This document shows, in pieces, positions 23,667 to 35,414 of a DNA stretch of 64,000 nt. The notes beneath the pieces were generated by a model. That model worked only from the letters and a program-made list of their open reading frames with translations. It searched no databases and was not told the origin of the DNA. Made by a program: the position numbers and the translations under genes. Each line of letters starts with the position of its first letter. Within the stretch, counting starts at the first letter, position 1. Source of the stretch: Chiloscyllium plagiosum (taxonomy: Eukaryota); NCBI RefSeq assembly GCF_004010195.1, contig NC_057718.1:45558322-45622321 (forward strand), given 5' to 3'.

Positions 23667-24334
23667 AAAATTGTTAGTGTGAGGGGGTTTTGGCTAGGAG
23701 AGTGCCAGTGAGGGAAAATTCTGCATGAAATAGTGAGAGTGGTAGAGTATGAACTTCGGTAGGAGGTCAGTCCAGTAGCAGAGATTGAGTGAGTTTGAGG
23801 TAGCAGTGAGAAGATAGTGGCATTCCTGATGGAGTGAAGAGGATCATCACCTTGGTGCAGCATTGCTGGGTATTCCTGGGTATTCCTCCCAATGTCTACT
23901 ACTGCACTGATCCAGCTGACAGCCTCAGACCCCGATTGGGGCCATCTCCGACAATCCTGGAGTGACGAGGACAACCCTCCCCTTCACCACCCCATCCACT
24001 AGCACCTCACGGTCTCTATCCGCAAAGCATGGCACCCATTTCCAGTTGTCTGCCGTGTACCAGGGGAAGAATGTCTCAAACCATGCAGGACAGCTCTGAA
24101 CTGCCAGTTATTGAGTACGTGATGGCCTTTTAAAATATGGTGCCAGTGCCAGGTACCCCAGGATCGCCAAAGCATTGGTGAGTATTCCCACCTACAGTGA
24201 GTAGGAGCATTAGGCTAACCTTGGATGAGCAGGGCACCATAGGGGCATGGCATCTAGTTAACAAGATGAATTTGGGATGATAATATGAGTAAATACGTGA
24301 GAGAAACTCCCTATGAAATACAATGAATAAGACA

Positions 24335-24507
24335 GCATCCAGGGAACAGGAGAATCGACGTTTCGGGCATAAGCCCTTCTTCCTGAAGAAGGGCTTATGC
24401 CCGAAACGTCGATTCTCCTGTTCCCTGGATGCTGCCTGACCTGCTGCGCTTTTCCAGCAACATATTTCCAGCTCTGATGTCCAGCATCTGCAGACCTCAC
24501 TTTCTCC
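24335..24507. mobile_element. Penelope-derived palindromic mini-element, family A, with intact hammerhead core and perfect 15-bp TSD
   Basis: Perfect inverted arms centred at about 24382. CTGAAGA-A-GGGC-TTAT-GCCC-GAAACGTC at 24383-24410. acaatgaataagaca at 24320-24334 and 24508-24522. Confidence 0.9.
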
Positions 24508-24829
24508 ACAATGAATAAGACACCTACCTGATTTCTGGTAAGATTCAGGCTTTGTGACACTGGAAACATTCTGGAAAAAATTCTAAATTTGAAGAAGTGC
24601 TTCAGAATAGGAGCCCAAGCAACTTGGATATGTGATTAATTTATTTTCTCACCAAGTCAAATATATATAAGTTATTAGTGTTTTAATTACTTACTGTTTA
24701 ATTAATTGATTAGACCTTGGGGGATTAGATCATAATGATCTAAATAGAGGATATGAACATTAAAGAGTTCCAGATTTTCAGTAAATTTAAAGCTAACAAG
24801 CAGAAATAATAAGAGGGAAACAAAAAGGT

Positions 24830-25158
24830 TGGCATGTGGCTCAGTGGTTAGCACTGCGGCCTCACAGTACTAGGGACCTGGGTTCAATTCCCACCTCCGG
24901 TAACTGTCTGTGTGGAGTTTGCACATTCTCCCTGTGTCTGCATGGGTTTCCTCTGGGTGTTCTAGTTTTCTCCCACAATCCAACGATGTGCAGGTCAGAT
25001 GAATTGGCCATGCTAAATTGCAACTAAATTGCTAGGTGCATTAGTCGGGGGAAAATATTGGGTAGGGGAATGGGTCTGGGTCGGCTACTGTTCGGAGGGT
25101 CAGTGTGGACTTGTTATGCCGAAGGGCCTGTTTCTATACTGTGGGGAATCTAATCTAA
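24830..25158 (+). mobile_element. HE1-like SINE, full length
   Basis: gtggctcagtggttagcact...gggttcaattccc, V-domain, and aatctaatct tail. Confidence 0.88.
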
Positions 25159-25609
25159 AAATGGTTAAATTTAGGAACTGCAAAACAAGCAAAAAGCAAG
25201 AACAAAGCAAAGAAATGGCAATTGCAACAACGAAAATAGGAGTTCTTTAAAAATCTAATTTAATTAAGTAATACAAGGTTTTCTTGGAAGGTCAGCTGTA
25301 TTCACAGCTACTGCATGTGGGAATTAGCTGAGATCATCATGACCTGGACATGACACCTGCAATAATTTAAAGGCAAAGGGGCATGTAAAATTGTCTGTAT
25401 TTGGAAGAAAGGAAAGTGACACAGACAAAAAGGAGACTCTATGTTCCACTTCCACCTCTGAGGAGAAAGCTACTGATCGTACAGAGGATGCACTGGCAAA
25501 GCTACACACTAATCATGAACAAAGACAGGTGAGAAAAACACTCCAAAGATGACAAATGTAATGTTGAGTGATAACAACCAGCAACAAGAAAACAAATTGT
25601 GAGGATAGG

Positions 25610-25718
25610 AAGGGAGAACGTGCAAACTCCACACAGTCAGTCGCCTGAGGCGGGAATTGAACCCGGGTCTCTGGCACTGTGAGGCAGCAATGCTAACCAC
25701 TGTGCCACTGTGCCGCCC
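25610..25718 (-). mobile_element. HE1-like SINE 5' half
   Basis: Nearly identical to 5810-5915. Confidence 0.85.
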
Positions 25719-25729
25719 AAGGTCTAATC

Positions 25730-26200
25730 AATTACAAGGATGTTGACAGGGTTGGAGGGTTTGAGCTACAGGGAGAGGCTGAATAGGCTGGGGCTGTTTT
25801 CCCTGGAGGGTCAGACAGTGAGGGGGTGACCTTATAGAGGTTTATAAAATCATGAGGGGCATGGATAGGGTAAATAGACAAGGCATTTTTCCTGGGGTCA
25901 TGGAGTCCAGAGCTAGAGGGCATAGGTTTAGGGTGAGAGGGGAAAAATTTAGAAGGAACTTAAGGGGCAACTTTTTCACGCAGAGGGTGGTGCGTGTATG
26001 GAATGAGCTGCCAGAGGAATTGGTGGAGGCTGGTACAATTGCAACATTTAAAAGGCATTTGGATGGGTTTATGGATAGCAAGACATTAGAGGGATATGAG
26101 CCAAGTGCTGGCAAATGGGACCAGATTAATTTAGGATATTTGGTTGGCATGGATGAGTTGGACCAAAGGTCTGTTTCCGTGCTAAACATCTCTATGACTC
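25730..26200 (+). mobile_element. CR1 LINE 3' end
   Basis: RGHRFRVRGEKF...NFFTQRVVRVWNELP...FKRHLD and a ctctatgact tail. Confidence 0.9.
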
Positions 26201-27284
26201 CACAACTCTGTTTGATGCATGGTTAGTATAATTGTCCCTAACAGGGGCTCAAAATCCAAGGTTTATGCCATACTCCTCCCCCAAATATACAGTATCTTAC
26301 TCCATCCACTCTGTATATGGTCACAGCCATTCTGGGTAGTTATTGTGTGGTTGACTTTTGATCAGACACAGCAAGATTCCAAATTTGTGTTAGTGTGAGT
26401 GGTTTGCAAGCTCAGGTGTGACCCATGAATTTATCTCTTTCACATTCCCCTTTCTATTGCTGTATCTATGCCCTGTAGTCCTTTCGGTCTCCAGCCATTG
26501 AGGTGAATCCTTTACATAACTATCAATATACTGACCTTAAACCCCCCAGCGTCCATGACTCTGGAAATTCTCGAGTCCTTGTTGGTCCTGCACAATCCTC
26601 ATGTAGAGACCAGAGTGACTGGTCCTGTTTGAACCCTCCTCCGAGAGCTCTCATTCTCTTCCCCATTCTCTCGGAGGTCTGACTGTATGATCATTAATTC
26701 CCTCTTTCACTGGTATCATTCCCACAAAGACCCATACACTGAAGCATATCCCCAGCCTTGAATTGCTGCATTTCACAGTACTCCATGCACTGCCACTGGG
26801 CAGCCTCCTGACTTTCATTGCCAATCCCTCAAGATTAACCGTGGCCCACCATTACGCCCGGAAGATTGATTTGGCAAGACATCCCCTAATGACCAGAACC
26901 CAGCGTCCGGACTGTACAGCATCCTGATTGACCGGCTTGTAATCCCTGCCTGTATTTGACCTGCAGAACTGACCACGCCGACCATTCCTGGACGCCAAGA
27001 ACATAGATCAATGGGATTCCCAGACTCGAGGAGGACCAAGTGCCTGACTGACTATGACCAACTCCCTGTAGTGTTCCTGGACAAACCCCTTGACTGACTG
27101 TGCCAATACTCCGTGACTGACTATAGTCTCTCTTTGCCCTGTGAATGACTGCTCCCCTTTGGATTTCACACATCATCATTGCTTCAAATATATTCCATTT
27201 GTTTGATCGGTGTCACACACTGTCGTCTGATGTTGACATAATACAGTTCAGAATAGTGACATGTCAACCCCCTGTCTGACTAAC

Positions 27285-27800
27285 AGAGTCATAGTCATAC
27301 AGCACAGAAACAGATCCTCCAACCATGCCGACCAAGTTTCCCAAATTAAACTAGTCCCATTAGCCAGCATTTGGTCCATATCTCTCTAAACCTGTCCAAA
27401 TGTCTTTTAAGTGTTGTAACTGTACCTGCATCTACCATTTCCTCTGGGAGTTCATCCCACATGCGAAGCACCCTCTGTGTGAAAAAGTTGTCCACAGGTC
27501 CATTTTAAACTTTCCCCCTCACCTTAAACTTATAGCGTCTAGTTTTGAACTCCCAAACCAAGTGAAAAAAACCTTTGCCATTCACGTACCTCTGCCCCTC
27601 ATGATTTTGTAAACCTCTGTAAGGTCACCACTCAACCTCTGAGGCAAATTCCTAGTCGATCCAACCTCTCCTTATAACTCAAACCTCCCAGTCCTGGTAG
27701 CATCCTTGTATATCCTTTCTGTACCCTTTCCAATTTAAAAACATCCATCCTGTAGCAGGATGGCCTTTTGAATTGTACGCAGTACTCCAAAAGTGGCAGA
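27285..27800 (-). mobile_element. CR1 LINE 3' end
   Basis: agagtcatagtcatac tail (reverse complement) and ORF2 C-terminal homology. Confidence 0.85.
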
Positions 27801-28082
27801 TTCATGTTCAGTGATGTCTACTGCCACAATCTGCTTGTCTCTTCCTCTGCACTGAAAGACAATCCAAGCCACAGAGGGCAGGCAGCCTGTAGTTGAGTGT
27901 TAAAGATCTTATCTGCCAAGAAGGCAATGAGAATCACATAGAGATGGGCAGCCTGTAAGGTAGTGCTGGCGTAGGCTAAGAAAGCAATTGCTATTCACCT
28001 TATTTCTGCCCCTCATAATTTTGTAAACCTCTATAAGGTCACCACTCAACCTCCGAGGCAAATTCCCAGTCTATCCCCCCTC

Positions 28083-28310
28083 TTCTTTACAGAGAGTTGT
28101 GAATGCATGGAATGTGTTGTCAGCGGTGGTGGTGAAAGCAGAGTCATTAGGAACATTTAAGCGACTGCTGAGCATGCACATGGATAGCAGTGAATTGAGG
28201 GGTTCGTAGGTTATGTTATTATATTTTATATTTGGATTAAACCTCAGCACAACATTGTGGGCCAAAGGGCCTGTTCTGTGCAGTACTTTTCTATGTTCTA
28301 TGTCCTATGA
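28083..28310 (+). mobile_element. CR1 LINE 3' terminal fragment (same subfamily as 14350-14552)
   Basis: tctttacagagagttgtgaatgcatggaatg... and a (tctatgt)n tail. Confidence 0.8.
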
Positions 28311-29499
28311 AGTACACAGAGCTTGGAAGCTTCCAAGAAAGCAGCAAAGTATGTGAGTGCTGAAAAAAAACAAGCTGAGGACCATGTGATGTGTGATGTT
28401 ATCAATGTCAAAGTATTTTATATAAGTGCTCACAAATTCACCTGGCACAAAGTTACCCCGAACACCAAATTCAAGTGTTGAAGGGCTGAAGCAATGTCAG
28501 AGTTGCTCTGAGAACAGGCTTGAGGATGTGGTGAGGTTGGTAGTTTTCCAGTGTTGACTTGTATGGCTAAAGAGTTGAGGTGGCTGGTGGCATGGAGCAT
28601 GCTGCGATGTTGTGCAGAAGAAGCCATTGCATCATGAACAGCGTAAGCATTCAGTGATCTGTAGCTGTTGGGTACATGCTCAGGAATTCAAGTCATCTGG
28701 TTTCTCAGAGGAGGAGAGGTCAATTGGAAATGGAGTACAAGTAAGGCAAGTTGGAATTTTAATGAGATGCAAATATTTGAAAATAATGAAATGGTTGCTC
28801 AATGACGAGATTCTGAAGTCACCATTTAAGGCTAGAGGGGAAATTTGGGAAACTTTTTCTTGATGTTGAGAATTCTCACTGTATTTTCGGTCTTTCCTCA
28901 CCATTACTCACTCCACACCAGGGTGAGGAAAGCTCCATCCATGGATTCAAGCCCACTTCCTGCCTGAGCAGGATTTTTACTGCTTCTGTGAGATTAATTA
29001 ATCTCCTTGCCTTTGAGTTGGATGGTTATAGTGATCTGGCCCTTGAATGTGAGGACTGTGCCTCCTGGCCTTTGATGTTTTAATTTGGGTGGCTGCATCT
29101 TGACTTCATACAGCTATTCCAAGTCAGACTCGAGCCCCTGTGTCAAGTTAGAATTGTCTCCAGGATCCTTTAACTTCCAGTTCTACCAACCAGAACTTCT
29201 GATGGTTATTTTTTTATTTCACTAAGAAATCTTAAGTTTCAATTTATTTATTTTTGCTTCTGTGCATTCTTTACTTGTTGGAAGCATATTTCAGACTTTC
29301 TTTTCTAAATGCATTTTTGGATCTGTAAAGTTGATTGAAAGAGAAAATGTTTGGCACCCCCTGCTGGGCCTTCTGCTCTGGGATGAGTTATTTTGGGAGC
29401 ATTTCAAAATGGCTGAAGTAGTGTTTCCCTGCTCTTTCAGTGTCTCTGGCAGGATTTTGGTGGGATTCTTAAAGAGTGGAGCTCTCAAATTTGCATCTT

Positions 29500-30300
29500 T
29501 TCCTAGCTGGAATGTTGTGTACAGATCTGGGTGCCACACTTTAGGAAGGATGATTTCACTGGAGAAAGAACAGTCAAGGTTTATGGGAGTGGTGCCAGGA
29601 ATGAGACACTTTAGCTATAAGAAAAGGCTGGACAACTTGGGGCAGTTATCCTTAGAAAGGAGAGGCCAAGAGGAGATTTGATAGAATATTTTAAAATCAT
29701 GAGGGGTTTGGACAGAGCAGATAGGGTGAAACTTTTCCCACTTTTAAATAGATTGAGAACTGGAGGGCGCAGTTTTAATGTGTTTTGATGAAGAAATTAA
29801 TGTGAAGTGAGACAAAACTTTCCACATATGAGTTGTTGTTGTGCAAGAAACGCAGCCTGAAAGTGATTATCAAAACCGAAGCAATGTGCAACAACTGAAT
29901 TTGATTGGAATAGATCCTGAGTTAAGAGAGCTCTCTAAAGAGGCAGTGATGTACAATAGGCCCATATTTTCCAGCATTTAGAAAACTGACAGCAGATCTG
30001 ATAGAAACATCCAGGATGAGACAGATAGGAGAATCTTGTTTCCCAGGCCCGGCCAGGCCAGAAATAGGGATCAGATCTTGGAAAGGATACCAGCCAGGTG
30101 GGATTAGTTTGGGAACATGGTTGGCATGACTGGTTGGACCAAAGGATCTGTTTCCGTGCTGTATGACGCTATTAACAATCTATGACTCTATTATGGGGAA
30201 AAGGCAGGTGAGTGGCAGTAAGTAAAAATGCTCAGGGAGCCAGTGCAGATTTGAAAGGACAGATGGGTTACTTCTGCAAGGTAACATTTCTGTGATACTG
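29500..30300 (+). mobile_element. Cluster of decayed CR1 3' fragments
   Basis: LEKEQSRFMGVVPGMRHFSYKKRLDNLG and an atctatgactcta tail. Confidence 0.7.
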
Positions 30301-30889
30301 TTCCAGAGACTTTGAGGAGGATCAGCTATTTGGGCTTACTCCTTCAATCCTAAACTGTTCTGCCCAAGAGTTCAACTGTCATTATTGCAATGGGTGGTGC
30401 TTATGGCGTGAGTAAATGTTAACTCTTTCAGATTCCTGTAAAACACAATGTACTGATATCCTCATTGTAGGATATTAAGTTCTCCTGGTCACCTTGCCTC
30501 ACCATGACGTATGCGAACATTGGCACAAAGTACAGATCTGGTATTTGTGTGTTTTTCTTTCCTGTAAACCTAAAGCCACTTCAGTACATTTTAAACTGGC
30601 ATTTTCAGAACTTTCATTATTTGCAGAAAGTTGTTAAAGTTTCTGAGTTGCTGGAGAAGGGGTAGTGAATGTTGAGTTAATGTAGGTGACTTTAATAGTA
30701 TATGGTTAAGCTCTTACCAGAATGCCACGGTAAAAGATCACCCAAGCTGACATTTTAATGTCTCATGTGAAAGATAGCAGGTCTGACAGTGCAATGCTCA
30801 CTCAGAATTGTACTGGAGTGCCAGACTTGGTTTTTTGCTCAAGCTCTGTTTGGAGCTTAAGCAATGATCGTTCTGGTTCTGAGTGAGAA

Positions 30890-31880
30890 GAGTCATAGAG
30901 TCATACAGCACAGAAACAGATCCTTCAGCCCAATCAGTCCATGTCGACCATAATGCTAAACAAAACTAGGCCCCACCTATCTGCGCTTGACCTCCAAACA
31001 TTTCTTATTCATGTACTTATCCAAATTTCTGTTAAATGTCATAACTGTGCCCACATCCACCATCACTTCCTCTGGAAGTTCATTCCACACACTAACCACT
31101 CTCTGTGTAAACAAATTGTCTTTTCTAAATCTCTCTCCTCTCACCTTAAAAAATTCTCCCTGGTCTTGAAATCATCCACCCTAAGGAAAAGACACCTGCC
31201 ATTAACCTTATCTAGACCCCTCATGATGTTATAAACCTTGATAAGGTCACTCCTCAACCTCTTGTATTCCAGTGAAAAAAACATACCAGCCTATCTAGCT
31301 TTTTCCTACAATTCAAACTCTTCTGACCTGGTAACATGCTGGTAAATTCCTTCTGAACTCTCTCAAGCTTAATAATATCCTTCCTCTAACAGGATGACCA
31401 GAACTGCACATAGTACTCCAGAAGAGGCCTCATCAGCAACTTCGAAATGATGTCCCACCTCCTATACTCAAAGGTCTGATCATTGAAGGCAATTATGGTA
31501 AACGCCTTCTTAACCATGTTGTCTATATATGATGCAAACTTCAAAGAATTATGTATCTGAATCTGTAGGTCTCTCTGTTCTATAACGCTACCCAAGAGCC
31601 TACTTTTAATTGTACAAGTCCTGCCCTAGTTTGTTTTACCAAATGCGATATCTCACATTTATCCTAATTAAACACAATTTACCACTCCTTAGCCCATTGA
31701 CCCAATTGATCAATATCTCTTTATAATCTTAGATAACCTTCTTCACTGTCCACTATACCACCAATTTTGGTGTCATCTGCAAACTAACCATGTCTGCTAT
31801 ATTCTCATTTAAATCACTTCTATAAATTATAAACAAAAGTAGACCCAGCACCAATCCCTGTGTAGATACAGATTGCCACT
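30890..31880 (-). mobile_element. CR1 LINE (RT to 3' tail)
   Basis: STQGLVLGLLLFIIY, ADDTK-like ggtgtcatctgc, RPLLEYYVQFWS, and an (agagtcat)n tail. Confidence 0.85.
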
Positions 31881-33104
31881 CCCAGTCCTTTGTCTTTATG
31901 GAAGTAGAGAGCTCCTCATTTCTGACAGGAAATTTCATTCAGGACGCCTTCAGGAATGCAGAGTCATGCTTCATTCTGACAATTCTTATGCAGCACACAA
32001 CTGTGGGGGAAGCCAAACCATGCCCTCCTTTCACAACAGGAAGTTGCTGTATTCTGGAATTAAAAGGGTGGCAACCACATTCAGCCACTGTCACAGCTGC
32101 TGTCAAAGTTCATGAGTATGAGGTTAGTGTACCAGGAGGGTAGGAGGTGTCAGGCTGTGGCCCTGACAGGGAGTGACAGAGGCTGACTCGGTCCCAAGGA
32201 AGGGAGAGGTGGTGGCAGGAAGAGGGGAGGTCAGGTTTGCTGCTGAGGAATGAAGGTAGGGTCAGGAGCAAGCTGGGTCCGATCCTGGGAAAGTGGAAGG
32301 GGAGATCAAGTGGGAATAGGTGAGAGGAGATGCCAGGTGCAGAGTGGGTCCAGGTGTTGAAATATGGGGAGAGAGGTGGTGTCTGGTCAGAGTCTGGAGT
32401 AGGTGTAACTGGGGGTGTGTGTGTGTAGTCATGGGGTTAGTTGAATAGTTACTCCTTAATTAGACTATATGGTTAAATAGTCCAACTTTTCCTGAAGTTA
32501 TTTAATTTCATCAGATTCTCTGAGTTAAATACAGACTTTCATGAGTAGGGGAATTGCTTAGCGGAATCTTCAATTTCCAGGGCAGTCCCCTTAGAGTCTT
32601 CTGTGATGCAGATTCCATAGGAACCCGATGTGAAATTTTTTATCTCCACTGGATTAATAGCTGTCTGCACCATCGAAAAACAGGTCTCATTACAATAGGT
32701 AGCAGTCCTGTAACACTGCATTCAACATCAAATTTACGACACATCATTGTCCAATGCAAGCTGTGCATCAGTTGAACAGTTTGCCACAACAATGAGTTAA
32801 ATTATCTTGAGGAACTCATCCCAGCTCCTCATTTCATTGGGATGATTTAGCTGGGAGTTCACAGGAGGATTAGTGTTAATTCACTGCCATCTACTGGTCA
32901 TCAGTAGAATAAACAAGGAAAGCGGCTCATTTGTCCGATTCCAAGACTTTGTCACACCCCATCCTTTATGACCTAACATTTAGTTTATCGGATGATATGT
33001 GCTACATGTATACTACATGAACACTCTTAATATGTGAACAGAATGATGTAATCTTGCATTGACCTGAAGATAAGTTTTCATATCTTCTGAAGGTGGTCTT
33101 TGAA

Positions 33105-34740
33105 ACATAGGAACAGAAGGAGGCCATTTTGCCCCTCAAACCTATTCCACCATCTAAATTAGATCATGGCTGATCTGTGACCAGAATCTCAATACTTGCC
33201 TTTGCCTGATATTTCTTAATATCTATTGATAACTAAAACCTATCAATCTCAGACTTAAAATTTGTAGAAGAGTATTCCAATCTTCCCACAACTCATTGGT
33301 CTCAATGTATTTCCTATTTTCACTCCTGAAAGATCTGGCTCTAATTCTTTTCGAGAATACCTCCCCAATTCTAATCTCTGGAACCAATAGGAAGAGTTTC
33401 TCTTCATTTAGATTGTCTGCTTCCCTTAATATCCTGGAAGTGTCAATCAAGTAACTCAGTAACTTGCCAAATTCCAGAAATACAACCCTAGTTAGTGTAA
33501 TCTTACCTCTTAATTTAGCCATCAAAGTCCAAATATCATTCTAGTGTAGTTTTGCTAGATTTCTTCCAAAGCCAATGTCTCCTTCCTAACGAATAGTATC
33601 CAGAACTATTTGTAGTACTCCAGATATTTCCAACCAGCACTTCGTATAGTTGAAACATGTCTTCTAGGCCTTTTTTTCTTAGTCCTTTAGTTATAAAGGC
33701 CAGCAATCAAATGGACTTTTTGATTATCTAATCTAAGTTCATGGCATTTTAATGAACTATGTACTTTCGTCTATTTCTAGCTTTTCATCATTTAGAAAGT
33801 ACATAGTTCTATCCTTTTTCAGTTCAAAGTGGATTATCTCACATTTGCCCACATTAAAAGCCATTTGCCACAATTTTGCCTGTTCAATTTTTTTTATCCA
33901 TTCATTGGATTCTGGCTTTGCTAGCTAGGCCAGTATTTATTGCTCAGTTAAGAGTCAACCACAATGCTGTGGGTCTAGAGTCACATGTAATCCAGACCAG
34001 GTAAGGTTGGCACTTTCCTTCCCTAAAGGACATTAGCAAACTAGATGGGTTTTTCTGACAATTGCCAATTTATTAATGGTGATCATTAGATTCTTTATTC
34101 CAGATTTTGTTATTGAATTCAAATTGTACCATCTGCCTGTGTCTCCAAAATATTAACTGGCTGTCCTGGATTAGTGGTGTAGGGATAATTTCACTAGATC
34201 ATCACCTCCTTTACAGTATGTACAATCTTATCTATTTATAATTTAATAGGAACATGGGAAATGGATGCAGGAATAGGCTTGCTGCACCATTCAACATGAT
34301 TATGGCTGACCTTCCATTTCCACACTGTTTTCCTTCTGTAACCCATATCCTTCATGGCTATTTTTAGATAAAAATTGATTGATCTCTGTCTGGAATGTAC
34401 TCAGTGACAGGGTGTTTACAATCCTCTGGGGTAGAGAATTCCAAAGACTTACCACTTTCAGATTGAAGAAATTCCTCCTCATCTCAGTTCTTAATGACCT
34501 ACCTCTTATTCTGAGGCTGTGTTCCTTGGTTCTAAACATACCTGGGGAAACATCTTTCCTGCAGCTACCTTGTCAAACCCTGTAAGAATTATGTGTTTTT
34601 AATGAGGTCACCTCTCATTCTTCTAAACTGGACATGATACAGGGCCTGCCTTCCCAGGAGAGACCTGTCATTCCAGGAACCAGTCTGGTGAACCTTCATA
34701 GTGGTCCCTCTATTGCAAGTTTATCCTTCATTCGGTAAGG
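33105..34740 (-). mobile_element. Stacked CR1 3' fragments with a nested second-family LINE end (33890-34200)
   Basis: HSLRIRGRSLRTEMRRNFFNLKVVSLWNSLP and gaaacataggaac tails. Confidence 0.75.
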
Positions 34741-35414
34741 ATGCCAACCTCTATGAAAAATCCACGTCTAGAATTTTAGGAAGATATCTTTATTCCTGCA
34801 AATCTTCTAGCAATAAAAGTTATTGTTATTATTTATTCTTCCATCTGCATTATTTAGAATGATGTCAATCTTTACCACATCTACAAATTTAGATATCTAA
34901 CGTTCATCATATCCTCCACAGTGTATATAATCCACAAACGAAATGAGGTGATTGTAAATGAACTTGTGGATGTATTTTATTGTAATATTTCAAAAAACAA
35001 GAGTACAATATTGGGGTAGTTTTGAACTGGGCATTGCCAGATTAGCCATCTCATTATACATTTCATTCAATTTTCATCTTAGTTGATTTTTAAAAAAACC
35101 CTCGATTGTAATACCATGGGATCCAGCAGAGAGGCCTCAGTCTAAAATCTGATTTGAAAGACAGCACATCCAGACATAAAGCACAGCCTTTCACCCTTCA
35201 GTGAAGTGTCAGCCTAGATTACATGTTTACTCTCTGCTACATGACTATATGATTCAGAAGTGGAAGTTCTACCAGTAACTTAATTCCTCGTGAGCTGAAC
35301 ATAACTTCACAATACTTTAATCACAATGATGTGAAAACTCGTATCAAAAATTTTAAAACTTGAAACCATTTAGATTTTCCTTCATTTTCTAAATATTTCC
35401 TGTCACTTCACAAG

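Larger units (their letters stand above)
22050..24070 (-). pseudogene. Harbinger Myb/SANT-like partner gene remnant, interrupted by SINE and Penelope insertions
   Basis: At about 23820-24060 the minus strand reads PCFADRDREVLVDGVVKGRVVL / QDCRRWP...ISAVVDIGRNTQ...DDPLHSIR, like the Myb/SANT pattern PRFSD.DLEVLV..V..R..VLF...W.EVA..VSA...R...QCRKK.NDL. A similar VSTVKRT segment lies at about 22700-22790. Confidence 0.6.

Noticed and set aside
20265..24522. Recurrent palindromic repeats read as CRISPR arrays, rho-independent terminators or pre-miRNAs
   Set aside because: The context is eukaryotic. The repeats are dispersed rather than regularly spaced with spacers, and they carry TSDs and homology to Penelope-type termini.
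31880..32480. Possible further Harbinger debris (also 54500-55400)
   Set aside because: The resemblance is only faint (SCFIL versus HDSFIL) and not supportable by eye.
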